Part shown: positions 48,301 through 61,813 of the stretch, piece after piece
Numbering within the stretch: the first letter of the stretch is position 1
Layout: every line of letters begins with the position of its first letter
Assembly (NCBI GenBank): GCA_010909165.1
Contig: MU008151.1
Location: 1,054,001 to 1,118,000, forward strand
Source of the DNA: Anthoceros angustus
Taxonomy: Eukaryota > Plantae > Anthocerotophyta
Length of the DNA stretch: 64,000 bases
Direction: 5' to 3'
The notes under the pieces: model-generated
What the model saw: the letters and a program-made list of their open reading frames with translations, nothing else
The model's database searches: none
What the model was told of the DNA's origin: nothing
Made by a program: the position numbers and the translations under genes

Positions 48301-50580
48301 CCAGCAACTGTGTGTAGCCTACGGAGGAGGGTAAGCACCTCACCGCAGCAGGGGTCCTATTATATTACGGCACATGGATGAGGAAACTTATGTTCCCGGG
48401 TCTATATGTGAATGGAGAACGCGTGCTTAACCTCACCGCCCATGTGCGTGGAAATAGGAGGGACTGTGGCCTACCCATCAAAGTGAGGACCAAGTGCATA
48501 CTTCTACCATCGCGCCCGTGTGGGGTTGGCCCCTATTATGCGAGGCGACTTTGGAGGAGTTGAGCGAGGAGGAGGTCCAGCTTGGGTGGACGAGGAACCG
48601 AATAATCCTCAAGAATAGGCGGCCAGGAAGATGCGAAGCCCAGGCGTGGTACACCTCAAATTCGACGCCCAGCAGGATGCGTGAGGTGGAAGTAGTGGGA
48701 GAACCCGTCCACCGCAAGGTGAGAGCTCGTGGCAGCAATGGAGGACGAGGGGCCGACGGCCAAGTCGAGGTAGGGCGCAGACATGAGAGGTGGTAGCAAC
48801 CTAAAGATAATTTGGTTAGGATGTCGATCGACCTAGGATCGCCCGACCATTGTGGCCCCTTCGTGATAGCCATCTTAGGACCTAAAATCCGGGGCATGGT
48901 GCCCCACCGTGTAAGAGGGGCAATTAGGTCCCTCAGCCGATAACTCCCGGGTTGAGATCCCCACGCTGTGGCGGTTGGAGACGTCCGATTGATGAGGTGG
49001 CGCAGACGCCCTAGGGGTGGTCGAGAGCTTGCTCCGCAACTGGGAGGAGGGGTGATAGCAATCTTGCAGAAAGGAGGAGGAAACCAAGGGATTGGCGGGC
49101 GGGTCCGGAGCTTGCTCGAACGCCGCTGTGATGGGGTTCTTCTTCCTTCACCTTGTCCCGAAGTTGTGTTCAAAGAGAAGTGTTGAGTGGATGGTTGGAA
49201 GCCCGTGGGGCGAATTGAGGGAGAGAGAGAGAGAAGAGATCGGGTGAAGGGAGATTAAATCAGACGCTGGCGCGAGGTGAGTGAGTGAGAAGAGAAGAAT
49301 TGAGAGGCTGGTGGAATTGTGTGTGAATCGCGAAACCAAAGGCTGTGGAAAGTGCAAGGGAAATGTGTTTGGAAATGGTGGTGTGGCGCCTTGTGTGTGT
49401 GTGTGTGTGAGAGCGTGAGGTATCAGGAACTTTGGTCCCAGGAATCGGTGTGCATGTGTGGAGTCACGCTACGGGGAGACAACCCGGATCCGGCCGCGCC
49501 GTGGAAATAAGTCGCTAGGGTTTGTGGGACCCACCTCGGGCAACTACCGGTAGTGGAGACACGTAGTGAAAGGAACGGGTCGGGAGTTAGATCCGTGGTA
49601 GTTGGACAAGACAGAGGTAGTAGTAGTTGAGTAGATAGGTGGAGAAGTGCAGAAGTCCGACTTAGGCAAGGTTGGTAGTGATAGAAGATAGCGCCTTGGC
49701 ACAAACCATTCCCTTTGGGAGCGAATCCTAAGCCTACAACGACATTGAGGGTGGTGGACTCGGCCAGAAAACCCCACGACACGGTCTCAACCCACAACAG
49801 GAACACGCCTATGCCACTCTTCGACTAATCCTCCCGCCCTCCAGCCCATGGCTTAAAGTCCTGGAAAGCGCACATGTTGCTACTTACTGTGTTCCATGGC
49901 TCCTGACCTCACTTTTGGGTCCCATTGCCTCTTCTCCTTTCGTCACCGTGATGGAGACTGGCACGATGGGCCCTCTTCGGCCGCTGCTCATGCCCAACTC
50001 ACCCGTGAGCTGCCAAGATGCCCGAGCTGCTCAAAGATAGGCTGAGGGCTTGCCATGAGCGCAGAGATCATGAGAATTGTCTCGAGGTCGCAGAAACGAC
50101 CCTCCGCCGCCGCACCGCTGGTAATCACCGCGGAAGGTGCCTCTTCCCCCGCAGAATCGCGGCCGTGATGGCTTACTTCGACCTTCGATACCGCCTTACG
50201 CTGCATTTCTTTGGCTCTTGCCACAGCTGTGTCGCGGGCGTGACACTTATAACTACTGCAAGGCCACTGTCTCGTCACGCATGCCCGACCTCCACTGTGG
50301 TCCCACGTGAGTCCGTCTCTCACGACTCAACTTAAATTAATTTCCTCGGGCGATTTATCTTTTGACCCGGGAGGTCGGACTTATCCTTACATTCTTGGCG
50401 TAGTCCCGGAGTTTCAGAGTGGTACGGGGTCCACTCATTCGAGTCCCGGAGTATACTCCGAGCGAAAGCACCATCCGTTTATTCCTCCTTCCGCCTTTAT
50501 TTTACTATTCGACCTACTAAAAACAAACCCCACTTATTTCCTAACCCCAAGGGGAGTCCATAGCCTGGCCAGCTCGCATG
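42370..50580 (-). mobile_element. Family E copy 2 (segment with extra ORF, lying 3' of a pol relic), interrupted by 46078-49796
   Basis: Collinear with 17040-26110; homology resumes at GCCACTCTT after the inserted LTR. Confidence 0.6.
46078..49796 (+). mobile_element. ~3.7-kb solo-LTR-like unit (family F) containing a decayed ORF
   Basis: Starts TGTAGAACG, TATA GTCTATATAT at 46291, ends AAACCATTCCCTTTGGGAGCGAATCCTA...AACGACAT...CCCACA like LTR A. It interrupts family E; no clean TSD. Confidence 0.55.
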
Positions 50581-50949
50581 AGAAGAAACATTAGTGATCA
50601 TGTGCAGCCCAAACTGGCGAGTCCATCGCCTCACCGGACATCCCGCCTCTCTTCCTTCACACCGAGGCCTTTGTCTTCACTGCCACGCCGGCCTCGCCAT
50701 CCGCTTTCGGCCCCGCGGCCCGAGAACAACTACACTTCGGAAATCGCCGCTGTCCGATGCCGATGCCCCTCCACCTAGTGACCTGGCGTGGAAGTGAGAT
50801 GCCAACGCCATTCCGCCTGCTGTCTTCATCCCCATTCTGGACCTGCCCTTCCCCTCTCTCGACATACTCTCCTCACCTCGCCCTCCGAGCACCTCGTCTG
50901 AATTTGTGTCCTCGTATGTGTCCTCCATCCGCTCTTCCCACCGCTTCAT

Positions 50950-53450
50950 CCTCATCAAGCACTAACATCCGAATCGAATTAATTCCAAAGACACTTACCC
51001 GAATTCCGCTTGGCCTCGAGGGTTTTAGCACTGCGTTGAGCCCTTATTCTGACCCTCGATCTTTCAAAAGTCCGCCATGTGTGGTTCTCCCCGCTCATCA
51101 CATCCCACGCTCATGCATTTTTGCTAGTGGCCTGAGTGCACCAAATTCGTGATTCTTCGCCCTGGGGCCTCCATACTTTTCTAGGAACTTGAACTCCCAA
51201 ACAAGACGTCCACACCGGCCCCATGGGTTTGGCCTTGTCCATTGGATTTCTCCAATCTCGCTTTGTCTGAAAGCGATGCCTTCGACGCAAAAGTTCCGTG
51301 TTGTCTAAGTTCAACCTGCGCCATGTGACAATATCCTCCGGACCTTTTCATCCGCTGGAGGTTTCAAAGCTCGGCTTTTTTTTTCCTTTCTTCTCCGCTA
51401 AGGCGATGCCTTTGCCGCCACATATCTGTTGTTCCGTGTTCGAGTGTACCGACTAAACTCGACCTTATCATGGACTTCACCAGAGATCTCGGGAACTGTG
51501 AAGCCACTTCAACGCACAGCCTTCCTTCCTTGCATGGCTAAGTCGCCTCCATTTGCCCGAATCCCATTTGCTGCGATGACTTCCATGAACTTTATGTCGT
51601 GGCACACCGAGGCCACCAAATGTCAATGGTATAAGCTTCGCCGCCACATTCCTTCCTCTTGCCGCCACTTGTTAGCTCCAATCATTGGTCCTGACCCACC
51701 GCAATCCCCTTTTCCGTAGTATTCGACAAGCTCCTTGTTGTCCATGTCGCCCACAACAATGCTGGCCCATGTTTGCGCAACATGGTGCCTCCGCCATGAC
51801 CGCCTGCAGAAATTCCCGCCCACACTTCGGAGGGCCGCCGCCAAAGCGAGCAACACTACCCGCGTGCCATCGACTCGCATCTTCCTGAACTGGAACCGTC
51901 TGGGACAACCGAGGCGAGGTCCTCCTAACATCCATGTCCTCCTCCATCTCGTGATCCGGATCCCATATGGCATTTCCATGTGCTCCCAATCTCCACCCTT
52001 CGAAATTTCACAGACCACAACCACTTACATCGCTGTAGTTTTGGGAAGACGTCAGATGCTTCCTTGTGAACAAGAAATTCTGGTTCACAATGTTACAACA
52101 CGGCAGGCCTCTCGCTCAAGATCAAACCTGACAAAGATGAACATGTTGAGACTCACCTGTCCGCAAAGGTATAGGCACTCAAACCATGTCTTCAAGCCGG
52201 AGTTCTCCGAAGGCGAGGAATTGCTTGACTCGGAACGCCGGGTCCCGCTGTGCAAGCCATTTCGCCTTTGGTTAGGATAAAGCGGAAGATGGAAGATAGG
52301 AAACGAGTAGCAAATCATGGGGATGGCGCAGATTGTAGCCTCTTTCAAACCCGCTGCCTCGCCTCCACCGCACTGCGGTCACGGACAAAGACCACCTGCT
52401 CGCACTTGACTCGCCCATGTGATCAAATCACAAGCAATAGGAAACTTGTTCCTTGACTCCATCTCGACATGGCAGGCCAAACCGCCCTCCCTTCCTCCGC
52501 CTACCGACAAATTACAATGTTTTCAATTGATGGAAATTGGGGAATAGTTTATGAGATGGCAATTTATTCCGCACATCCTTACATGCAGAAAGCATAAAAC
52601 CAATGGACTCACATTGATCGCTTGTTATCCGCACTTCAGCCGTTATCCATTCATGTTTTCCGCCACCGATCTCATTCCAATTGCATACGACGAAGGTTGA
52701 CAAGTGTTACACGCTTCCTTTACTCCTCTTTCTTCACATAACCGGCTTTGCAATGCGCGTGGAAGGCAAGTTTCATACAAGAATTTGTTCTGCTCACACC
52801 AATCGCCAAAACACGCCCATACATCGGCTTCGCTTTCCATCTAAGAAAGGGTCATGGTGATACTCTCCGATTTCTCTTCCATATGAGGGGTCAATACTGT
52901 GGCACGTGGTCTCTATTCCAAAGAGGCGTCACCCGAGCTCCCCACATGGTATACAAGAATCCCCAATGACGCCATCCTCCGCCCCTATATGTGCACATTC
53001 TCCAATAATCGGACCACGCTTCCCGCAAGGTACCTCCGTGTAGTCTCGCATCTCATCTTTTGATGGCGGTTGTTGTTGTCCGTTGTTTGGCATGTGATCG
53101 ATGCCTTCTCGCCTCAATGCACTCTCCACGTGATCTCGACCTTCATCTCATCCGCTTCACAGACAATGTCTTGGGGAATGGATGTGGGGTGCGCACACAT
53201 CCTCCCGACGCCTCCACGCTGCCATTTTTGTGTCCGTTGAGCCATTCCGCGACAGTAACGTGAGATGACTCGTTCCGATCTCCCAGGCCCTCACCATTTA
53301 TATTTGATCGCCTTGGGTGTCTGGGCGAATCTGCGCATTGTCCTTGTTTAATTCTCGTACATACCATTATCAAGGACAAGTTTAGGGCGCATCGCTATTT
53401 CCCATGATCATGCTCTGTCCTACATATGTCACATGGCCTTCATGTCTGTA
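50950..53450 (-). pseudogene. Very decayed Ty3/Gypsy pol relic
   Basis: GKHEWITAEVRITSDQCESI...KDVRN...LFPNFHQLKTL resembles the RT C-terminus (LGH..SAEG...KDVRSF...FIPNF). LKTWFECLYLCG resembles RNase H. Confidence 0.4.
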
Positions 53451-53636
53451 TGTGGAAAATGTCCATGTTTTTCGCATGCATGTGCGCCAGCATTTATAGG
53501 CCGGTCGTCCTTGGGTGTCAGGAATAATTAAGTACCATTACTCGATGTATTATACAATATTCAATGTATTAATACACTATTCGATGTATGTCATCCCGTG
53601 CCATTATCCAAGGATAAATCATCCGTCATCCCAAAC

Positions 53637-56100
53637 TGTGGTAAAACCGGGGCACTCCCGAGGTCCTCCCACTATAGCGCCACACTTATCCTAATCGCCA
53701 GCTTTGGGTTTTGTCCCATGAGATTGTGTGAAAGTTCGAGGCCTTATGATGATCATGACCACTCGCAGACACAACTCTCACCTTCTAAACAAGCAAGGCG
53801 CCTTTGCTTGCAAAGAAAAATCACCACTTGCATCGTCAAACCAACTGACCCACTTAGCGGCCACATGTGTGCCCCGCCTTAACCAGCAGCCCGCCTGTGA
53901 CCTCCCACACCGCGATTCGTCTACTTCTAAGACCACTCTTCTCCACCTGTGGGGCGCCTTTTACTTGACGGGATCATTCCCTTAGGCTCGCCTGTGGCCT
54001 TCCACTAACACCTACACCTCTAATCCTCTCATCTTCTCATCTTCTCATCTCTCTTCTCATCCTCTTCCTCCTATTCTAACCTCGATTCGGGCTTCTTGGC
54101 CGACTCGCCCTTACGGCTGGCACAGGGTCGGCCTCCACCAAGTTCTTCCTTGGAACTGGTGAGTTTGACACCACTCACCGTGGAGTCTTTCCTGTGGGCC
54201 TCGGGTCTCACCGAAAGTGTTCCACAGGCATCGCCACACACCCAGGCAAAGCAATTTCACAACAACCATTCACAAGGGAGCAACTGTTTAGGCACTTGCA
54301 GAGCAAGTCCTCCACCAAACACTCAAGCCACAACTGACTCTTCACATCACGAAATTTAAGAAATTCCTAATGGCAAAGGACTCGATGAGGGTGGGAAGGC
54401 AAAGACGTGATACTTTACTTTGTGAAATCCTCCTCCTTTTGCAGGAGGCCTTCCACATACACCTCCCTTAGGTGACCCTCCGCGGGTCACCTTTTCCAAT
54501 TTCTATTATTTCCTACCGCGATTTAATGCCACGCACCTAAGTTCATCTGGCCTTGGTGAAATTCTATTCTGTAATTTTCACCCAAGATCACCAGGATGTC
54601 ACCTATCTCTCCTATCCTTGCTATTCTCTCATAGTCCATTTATGGCCTTTGACCATATCCAGTCTTCACCCCTTTGGATTAGGGATGCGTCCATGGATTG
54701 GCTCCCTCGCCTCCTTTTGCTCTTGCCCCTTCGACCTTTGTCACCTTCCTAATGTGTGCAGTACAATCACCTTCCTCCATGGGCGGCGCCGGATTCCTTT
54801 GGTCTTCTGCACCGCCTTCGCGCACCTTCACCTCCGCCGCGCTTTTCCCATCAGCACTCATAGTCTGGGACTCTTGGGGTAGTTCATCACCTACCATGGT
54901 AGTCTCAATTCTCTCTCCTTCCCCTTCTTCCTCTCCATCGGTGATGCCTCACGGGGTGAGTTCCTCTTTGCTCCTTCCTTGCTGGTTGGTTTGTCTAGAC
55001 TTATCATGGAGCATGTTCTTCAAAAGTCTTCTTCCCCAATTGTCAGCCGATGTCTAACTTCTCCGGGCCCTTTTTGCATTCGACTCTTCTCCTGGCCCTG
55101 GTTCTTCTCTTGCTCGTGGGGGAAGGGAACTTCTCACCCCTCCTTCTTCTTTGTGGTGGGTCCTGCCTCGTCCTCCTCGTTGGTTGTCTCCCCACCTCAT
55201 TCATGTCGCCACCCACAGCCCGGCTCCTAGCGATTAGCCACCCCGTGGTACTTGTTCACCGGCAGTGAGACTACCAGTTGTCTACCAGGTAGTCTGGCGA
55301 CTACGTGGTGAGGTGTCACCTACCGTGGTAGGTTGACCCCAGGGAGGTGGGCTGTCCCCTCACTTGCTCTTCGCGCTATCTTCCACCTTTGGCGCTACGG
55401 CCGCTCCTCATCTCCTCACCCGCCCAGACTCCTCGAGTCCATTTCCTTTGATGGCCTCAGCCAGGCCTGGCCGCACTTGTTGCAGCACCTTTTGCCGATC
55501 ATCATCATGAGGACCCAATGTCCTCCTCTACAAACGCAATTCGTTGTTGGCCTTCAAAATTCTATTGTGGAGGGCGAGCCCCAAGCTATGATATTGCATT
55601 TGGAGATCATCAATCAGTGGGCCCTCTCCACCTCACACCTACCTTTGTAGGCGTCCCTTGGTCAATTCCCCACCTTGACTTGGAGGGTTACATTTCCTTG
55701 CTTCCTTTAATTTGGCCAATTTTGCCTCAAGGGCATATTCCAAAATCGCAGCTTCCTCACTACCGGTGCACCACCTTCGATGCTCCTCCTCTTGGAACCT
55801 CCTTTGTTCAGCCACGGCCATTTTGCTTGGCAAACTTTTCCTTCTCCTCTGCCAAGGGACCCTCTCAGCTCCATTTGCGTAGGTCTTGAGCTTCGCCCAG
55901 CGCTTCTCCAAATTGAACCTCCGATCTCATGAATTCCTCTTCCATGTCACGGATCTTGATGGCAGGTATGGCCATCATCACGCTTCTTGGCGTCCAATTC
56001 TTTGGACCGCTATCTTCCCCCTCGCCGAGCCTGTTTTGCCTCCGCTCTTGCTCTGAATTGGCTGTTTAGCCATACATCTCCATGAATCCCTCGCGACACC
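53637..56100 (-). mobile_element. Family B LTR-like unit, second (inverted) copy with a coiled-coil ORF relic
   Basis: Minus strand ends CCCCGGTTTTACCACA; blocks are homologous to 7850-9094; E/K/R-rich ORF fragment at 55639-55911. Confidence 0.6.
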
Positions 56101-56109
56101 TTCTCTTGA

Positions 56110-59100
56110 CTGCACACGATCTTGAGCCGAGGTTGGTTGCATCCACTGAGTCACCATATATGTCATGCCTTTAGAACCCGGATTGGTGCACACCCCACCG
56201 GCTGACTTCATTCTTTCCCACCAACCAAAAACCTTTGCACCGCTTCTCCACTTGCATAGGAGGATGCACCATTGGATATCTTGGACCGCAGGAAGTCGAC
56301 ATCCGCGGCTCTCGCAGCCTCGATGAAGGATTTCTTCGGCACGTAGTGCCTCTTTAATATGGCACCGCGCCACGTGCTCCCCTTTCCGGCCTCGACCCAA
56401 AATAGCTCCACAAAGATTCTCGCATCCTCCTGCTAGACTTGGGTACCGCCACAAAATAGCTTGGTCCGTGCAAGCCTTAAATTGCTAAGTCGCACCATCC
56501 GACCACATCCAATGCTCTCGTGGACTCTGTATCCATTTGACAAGAGTCCCCAATGTAGCATAAGGGCCGGACAAAGAGAGTGTCAGTCGTCATGTCATCA
56601 CTAATGTAAAAGTGGTAAAACTTCGAACATTTAGGGTCCTCCTCCACCACGCCCCATCCGCATATATGTAACATGAACTAGAATAGTAACTTGATCACTA
56701 TGCCAAGGCATTGATTGTATCTCATTCAACTTGAAAAGCATAGTATGAAAAGTCCAAACTATCACATCCTGAAACCAATCAATGCACTTCAAACCTGTGG
56801 CTTGCCATCTTTGGACGTAGTCATGAAATGAAAGCAACAATTTATCCTTAAGAAATTCAATCACGATGATGGGTTTCAGAAACTAGCTTTATTCGACTTG
56901 GAGGTTCCGCCTCATTCACTCCCACCTTCCGATATTCAAGCACCGCCACTTCACTTCATCTCCGAAAATGCTTGTGAAACCTCCTTAGGACAGAGGGCCA
57001 GCTTGAAACTCCACAGTGATTTACCAAGCAAACATTTTCGCCTATGCCACCTCATCCGGGCATAAACAGAGTGCACCATCTCTGGACGGATGAAAAACAT
57101 CTCCGGCGCGTGGCACTTGTCCCCTCCTCGTTCCTCCACACACCCCATGTACGCGGCACACGAGGTGCACCTTTGATGTGGCATCAAGAGCGTTCGTGAG
57201 TCTTTCAAAATGCCATCTCGACATGGTAACAACAATGTACATTTCTCTGGATTTGATGAAGAAGGGCTTCAGTCAATGCTCACAATCTTGATATCCGGAT
57301 TCTCCTTTTGAAAGCGCAAAAATTGGCACATCTAAATGGGACACCAAGATGTGACCAAACAAAGTAGATAGAGTGGAGCGGTCACAGAAAGGACACAGAG
57401 CCACATGAAGTGCCCCACTCACAAAGTGTGAGCCTTGTATATCCTCGAGTGAACTCGAAGCTATGAACATGAACATTGCAGAGAGCAAATGATCGAGCTG
57501 GCAAAGGAGGAGCCAGTGATGAGCCAGGGAGCTGGAACCCGACCAGAGCCGAGAGAATGAGAAGGAGCCGAGCAAATGAGCAATAGGTAAAATGACCGGA
57601 GCCAGAGCAAATGACAAGGAGAGCAAATGACAAGGAGCCGAGCAAATGAGCAGATAAAATGACTGAGCCGTGAGAAAATGAATACAGCTGTGGCAAATGA
57701 CCATGGAGCGATAAATGATCGAGCGGCAAATGACCGTGAGCAAGAGTAACTAAACAAGAGCTGTGGCAAGCATGGCGCAAGCAAAGAGACAAGAAGTGTC
57801 AAGCGAGGCCACAGAGGAAACTCGAACATGCAGAGTCAGTAGCACGAAGCTGCGGTCATATACATAGTGATGATCCCGACGGCTTGTCAAACAAGTTAAA
57901 GGGTTAGTGGCGTGTTCAATTGCAAGAATAGACTAGCTTGCACTGGCAAGGAGACGCGCCACCACCAGCGCAGCACGCGCGGAAGCAAAGAAAGAGAAAT
58001 TCGTGAACCGAATCACCGAGAGGTATCTAGGAAATGGATGATGTGCGTGCGGAAGACAAGAGGAGCCACCACGCCTCGCATCCTTGGAGTTGGAGGAAGG
58101 CCTTGACGCCGACTCCCAAAATTGCAAAATTTCCTTAACCCCTTGGGGCAAACAATCGAACGAGCCTTCCCCCACACACCAGCCGCCTCCTCGTGCACTT
58201 TGCAAAATCGCTGCGGTTTGAAGATGGCGTACAACTCACCGACCCCAAGGACTCGCCCAAGGCGCCAGCTTGCCTCACGTTAGTTAGCACAATATTCATA
58301 AAGGTTTGTCTTGCCTTCAAGTGATCGACGCTTGTACACTCCGCATTTTTCACCGCCGATGTTTTGGAAGCGAGGGATGTGGCTCGAGCCTTCACCCCTA
58401 CGCAAGAACGGGGAAGAATTCCTTGAGGCCACGAAGCGGAAAAAGCATCTAACACCTTAGCCTTGCTATCGAATTGAAGTGGGCAGTTCTACAACCGAAA
58501 ACGTGGCCAAGTTCTCGAGCACGCCCACATTGTGCATCACAGGCCCCATCACGACTGGTGAGATCCCGCCTTTGCAGGAAATCGCCTTGACCGCCTGGAT
58601 GAAAGAGGACCTGTCTTGCCCTCGAGACTAGTTCCCTCCTCACTCATTGAGGGTTCTTCGATCCCGAGAAGCCGCCTCACACCCACCCTCCGCCGTATGA
58701 TTATCACCGTGACAATCCTCCTCCATGCGGACTCCCGCCTCTTGCCTAACATCCGCTACGCACAAAGATGCTCCATCTTCCACACGCAAAGATGCAACTC
58801 GAATTTGCTTTTCCTCCACCGCCCAGTGCGTGTTTTGCACCTCAGAGGGAGGCGCTGAGCCATTCAATTCCCTTGCTCGCCCGGACGGGCTCCCTTCCCG
58901 CCTCCTCCTCTCGCAGCTCAAGATCGGGGCACATGGTTCACACACGGCACCGAGCGCCAAGCGCAGCTGGTGAAAGGTCTCGCAGACGTGAAGATGGCAG
59001 GTTATGCTCTCATCGGTGACAAGTGCTGCACCAACATGGGTACTTACCATCTTTTGAAAATCCCGCTTAGACAAAACTTTGAAATACAAACAAGTTTACA

Positions 59101-59531
59101 CTTGTTTGTGACCATGCTTCACTTTCAGTGTTCCATGTTCACTTGACGACTGCTCTTGAAATTCGCGCCAGGGTACAACTTTGAAATTCCCGCTTATTCC
59201 AAACTTTGAAATTTGAACAAGTTCCAACTTCAGTGTGACAAAGACTCACTTTTAGTGTTCGTGTTCACTTGACGTTATGCTTGAAATTCAAATGAGCTTG
59301 GTTGTGTGTCTTGTGCTCACTTTTGTATCCAAAGCTCACTTGTCCATCCATGATCAAGTAATTAAATACCAAATGCAAAATCATATCCTTAAGATCCGGG
59401 CATTTCCGTGGACTTGTTGCCATGCTCTTAGTTTTGGGAAAAAACTTGAATCACTTGATCATTATTCTAGCGAGGAGAGTTTTTGGAAGGTAAATATGTC
59501 CATGTGGACATATTTCACGTTCGTCGGCCCC
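56110..59531 (-). mobile_element. Sola-like (probably Sola2-type) DNA transposon copy 1: decayed, intron-containing transposase and putative 5' terminus
   Basis: FWESASRPSSNSKD, LKPFFIK, WHRRKCLLG, NEIQSMPWHSDQVTILVHVTY, YHFYISDDMTTDTLFV, EHWMWSDGA..QFKA, RYPSLAGGC, GKGEH..GAILKR. Putative terminus GGGGCCGACG at 59531. A ~120-bp subterminal repeat occurs twice at 59056-59290. Confidence 0.7.
57480..57790. repeat. GAGCAAATGA-based minisatellite inside a probable transposase intron
   Basis: More than 10 GAGCAAATGA / GAGCC units between two transposase exons. Confidence 0.8.
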
Positions 59532-59537
59532 ACATAA

Positions 59538-60343
59538 TGTGGTCTACCTAACTGCTTGCACCCATGCGAGGGGGCAGTATGTTCTATTAGAACAAGACAA
59601 ACATCAACAATCCAGAATCCATGGCTGGTGCCTACATATATAGGCAAAACCCCGGGAGTTCTCGATGAAGTGTCCACCCGTATCGATGGTGGGCACTTTA
59701 TAATCCTACTTTCCTTGGCCTTGAAATAATAATATTTTATGTGTTTAACAGCCTATTCGTCCTTTTCCTTGATTTATGATTTTTATGTATTTTCTAATAT
59801 AAATCGCTATCTATATGCGCTATATCACTTACATGCATAACCATGCATATAGATTGCATGCGCCATGACACATCACCCGCCACATGTCCACACATCACAT
59901 GTCATCCTTCATCTCCATACGCATGCATACATGGCACACATGCATGGCATACATGTCATGTGCAGGCCATCCATGGGCCATGTACATGACATCATCAAGC
60001 ACTTGATCGGGCTTATGCGAGATGCTCCAATCGATATCTAGTCATTTCAAGATTCTTATGCCGGGATGCTCTAGTCGATATCCAATCATAGAGTCTTAGG
60101 TGCTCTGTTTCCCATACAAGACAAGATGACATGGCCGCACAGCCGTGATAGCCGCATGCCTACCTAGCTGTCACAAAGCTAAGTCACTAAACACCACCGT
60201 CACATCTCGATCTCCTTGGCCTTGGCCCGAGCAACACCTAGATAATTGTCCTTGGCCTATGACCAAGGGCACTAAAGGCTGGTTTGCCTAAGAGAGGACA
60301 TGACCCCCAGGAAACTTGGAGGCCTAGCCACCGGTTTCCCACA
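59538..60343 (-). mobile_element. Probable solo LTR (806 bp)
   Basis: TGTGG...CCACA termini; CCTATATATG on minus about 100 bp before the end; no matching TSD. Confidence 0.45.
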
Positions 60344-60359
60344 AAATTGTCTAGACCAT

Positions 60360-61500
60360 GTGGCCTAGAAAAACACAACAATGCTACCAACGCCCCCACC
60401 ATCGAGAACGTAGCTTGTCCAACAGTGGTGCGAGGAGGAGGAATGGCGTCATCTTGAGATCCTCATCATCGATGGGTCTTCTTGTGCCTCTGCTTAATAG
60501 TAATCTCGCGCTTGAATCAGATCACAACTTTCTTCCACAAAGCGCTTGCATCGAATCGGGCTGAACAGGATGTGCCATCTGTCCATCCATGTCCCCGTAA
60601 GCTGTTGGGTATAATTGAAAACGAACTGGGGAAGTGTAGATGTGGCGAGCCTCCGAGAGTTGAAAGCATTCTTCTCCTCTCGAGTCCAAGCACGATCAAC
60701 ATGAGGGGTCCTCAATTTGTTGGTCGAATGTAAACCGCGAGGCCATCCTACCACATGATGCCGTCGCAAATGATGGAACACTCGAAACCATTCCTTGAGA
60801 AAAATCAAGCGACGAGGGTATGTGTCCTCAACAATTCCGGCAACCTCATCCCATCAAACCATTGATGCATTTGGAAGTGATGCTGCAACTTCCTCCATGC
60901 ACCCTCTCAGATAGCTTGTCCAGGCCCAAAGGCGCTTGTGACTGGAGCTCAAACAAATCCTGTTCCGGGATAATGCTCCACCGCATTTTCATGATGCTCC
61001 TCAACATACTGAGAAGATGTGAAGCTCATCATAACTTGGTGGAATGCCCTGCTCATCATATCGGGAGTAGAAGATGCTCCACTTACCCGCATCTTCATCA
61101 TCCACAAATTGGGGTCCCATCCTCGAAACTTGCTTGAATTGAGACACTCATAGCAAACTCGGAGGGCATGATTCCAAGATCCACCTCGGCGAGACCTCCT
61201 CCATGGTGATGAAACCGCCCCTAGTGCAACGAATTTTCACAGACCGAAGCATAATCATGTGCACTGAGTAGGATCGGAGGCGCTCATTGCCTTGGCGGTT
61301 GCTCCGCCGCCTGCTGGGAGGCGATCTTGGTGTCCTCCGGCTGCCGCCTGACGTCCGCTCGGGTTGAGACCGCTTGCCTCAACTTGCCGGCTTCCATGTT
61401 AGGGAGGATGCTGGTCGCCCCTCTTGCGCTTGAGCGGTGGCCTCCTTCCGACGCTTCACCGCGTGATAGGGCAAGACTTTACGCCTTCTCATGCACGATG
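60360..61500 (-). pseudogene. Possible gag relic
   Basis: KFRGWDPNLW resembles the gag PKFxGxDPxxW motif; otherwise highly degraded. Confidence 0.3.
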
Positions 61501-61813
61501 AATGACTCATGGCCGCCCTATCCAAAACAATGAAACCTTTAGAAACCGTGAGGAATTCTCAACTGAGCTTGGTTCTTGTGCAAATGATATCCTCCTCGTA
61601 GCTATGTGTGCCCTCTTTGTTTCGGTGAATTAGACCCTTGCCTGCCTCTCCTCGTAATTCCTCTTCACAATTCCTTGCACATGCAGCCGGCTTCTCGAAC
61701 AACTCTCGCCTTAGCATGTGCAAGATCCCATTCTGAATTTGGCCCCAAGCATCTTGTGTCCTTCTTCACAGCACTGCAATCAGCTTCCAACGTGTGTGAA
61801 TTTAAGACACACA

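Noticed and set aside
49222-49408. (GA)n and (TG)n tracts as functional elements
   Set aside because: Short ordinary microsatellites within an LTR-like unit.
51477-51668. GGLG motif as a LINE ORF2 remnant
   Set aside because: No supporting LINE RT or endonuclease motifs; neighbouring fragments fit Gypsy pol order better.
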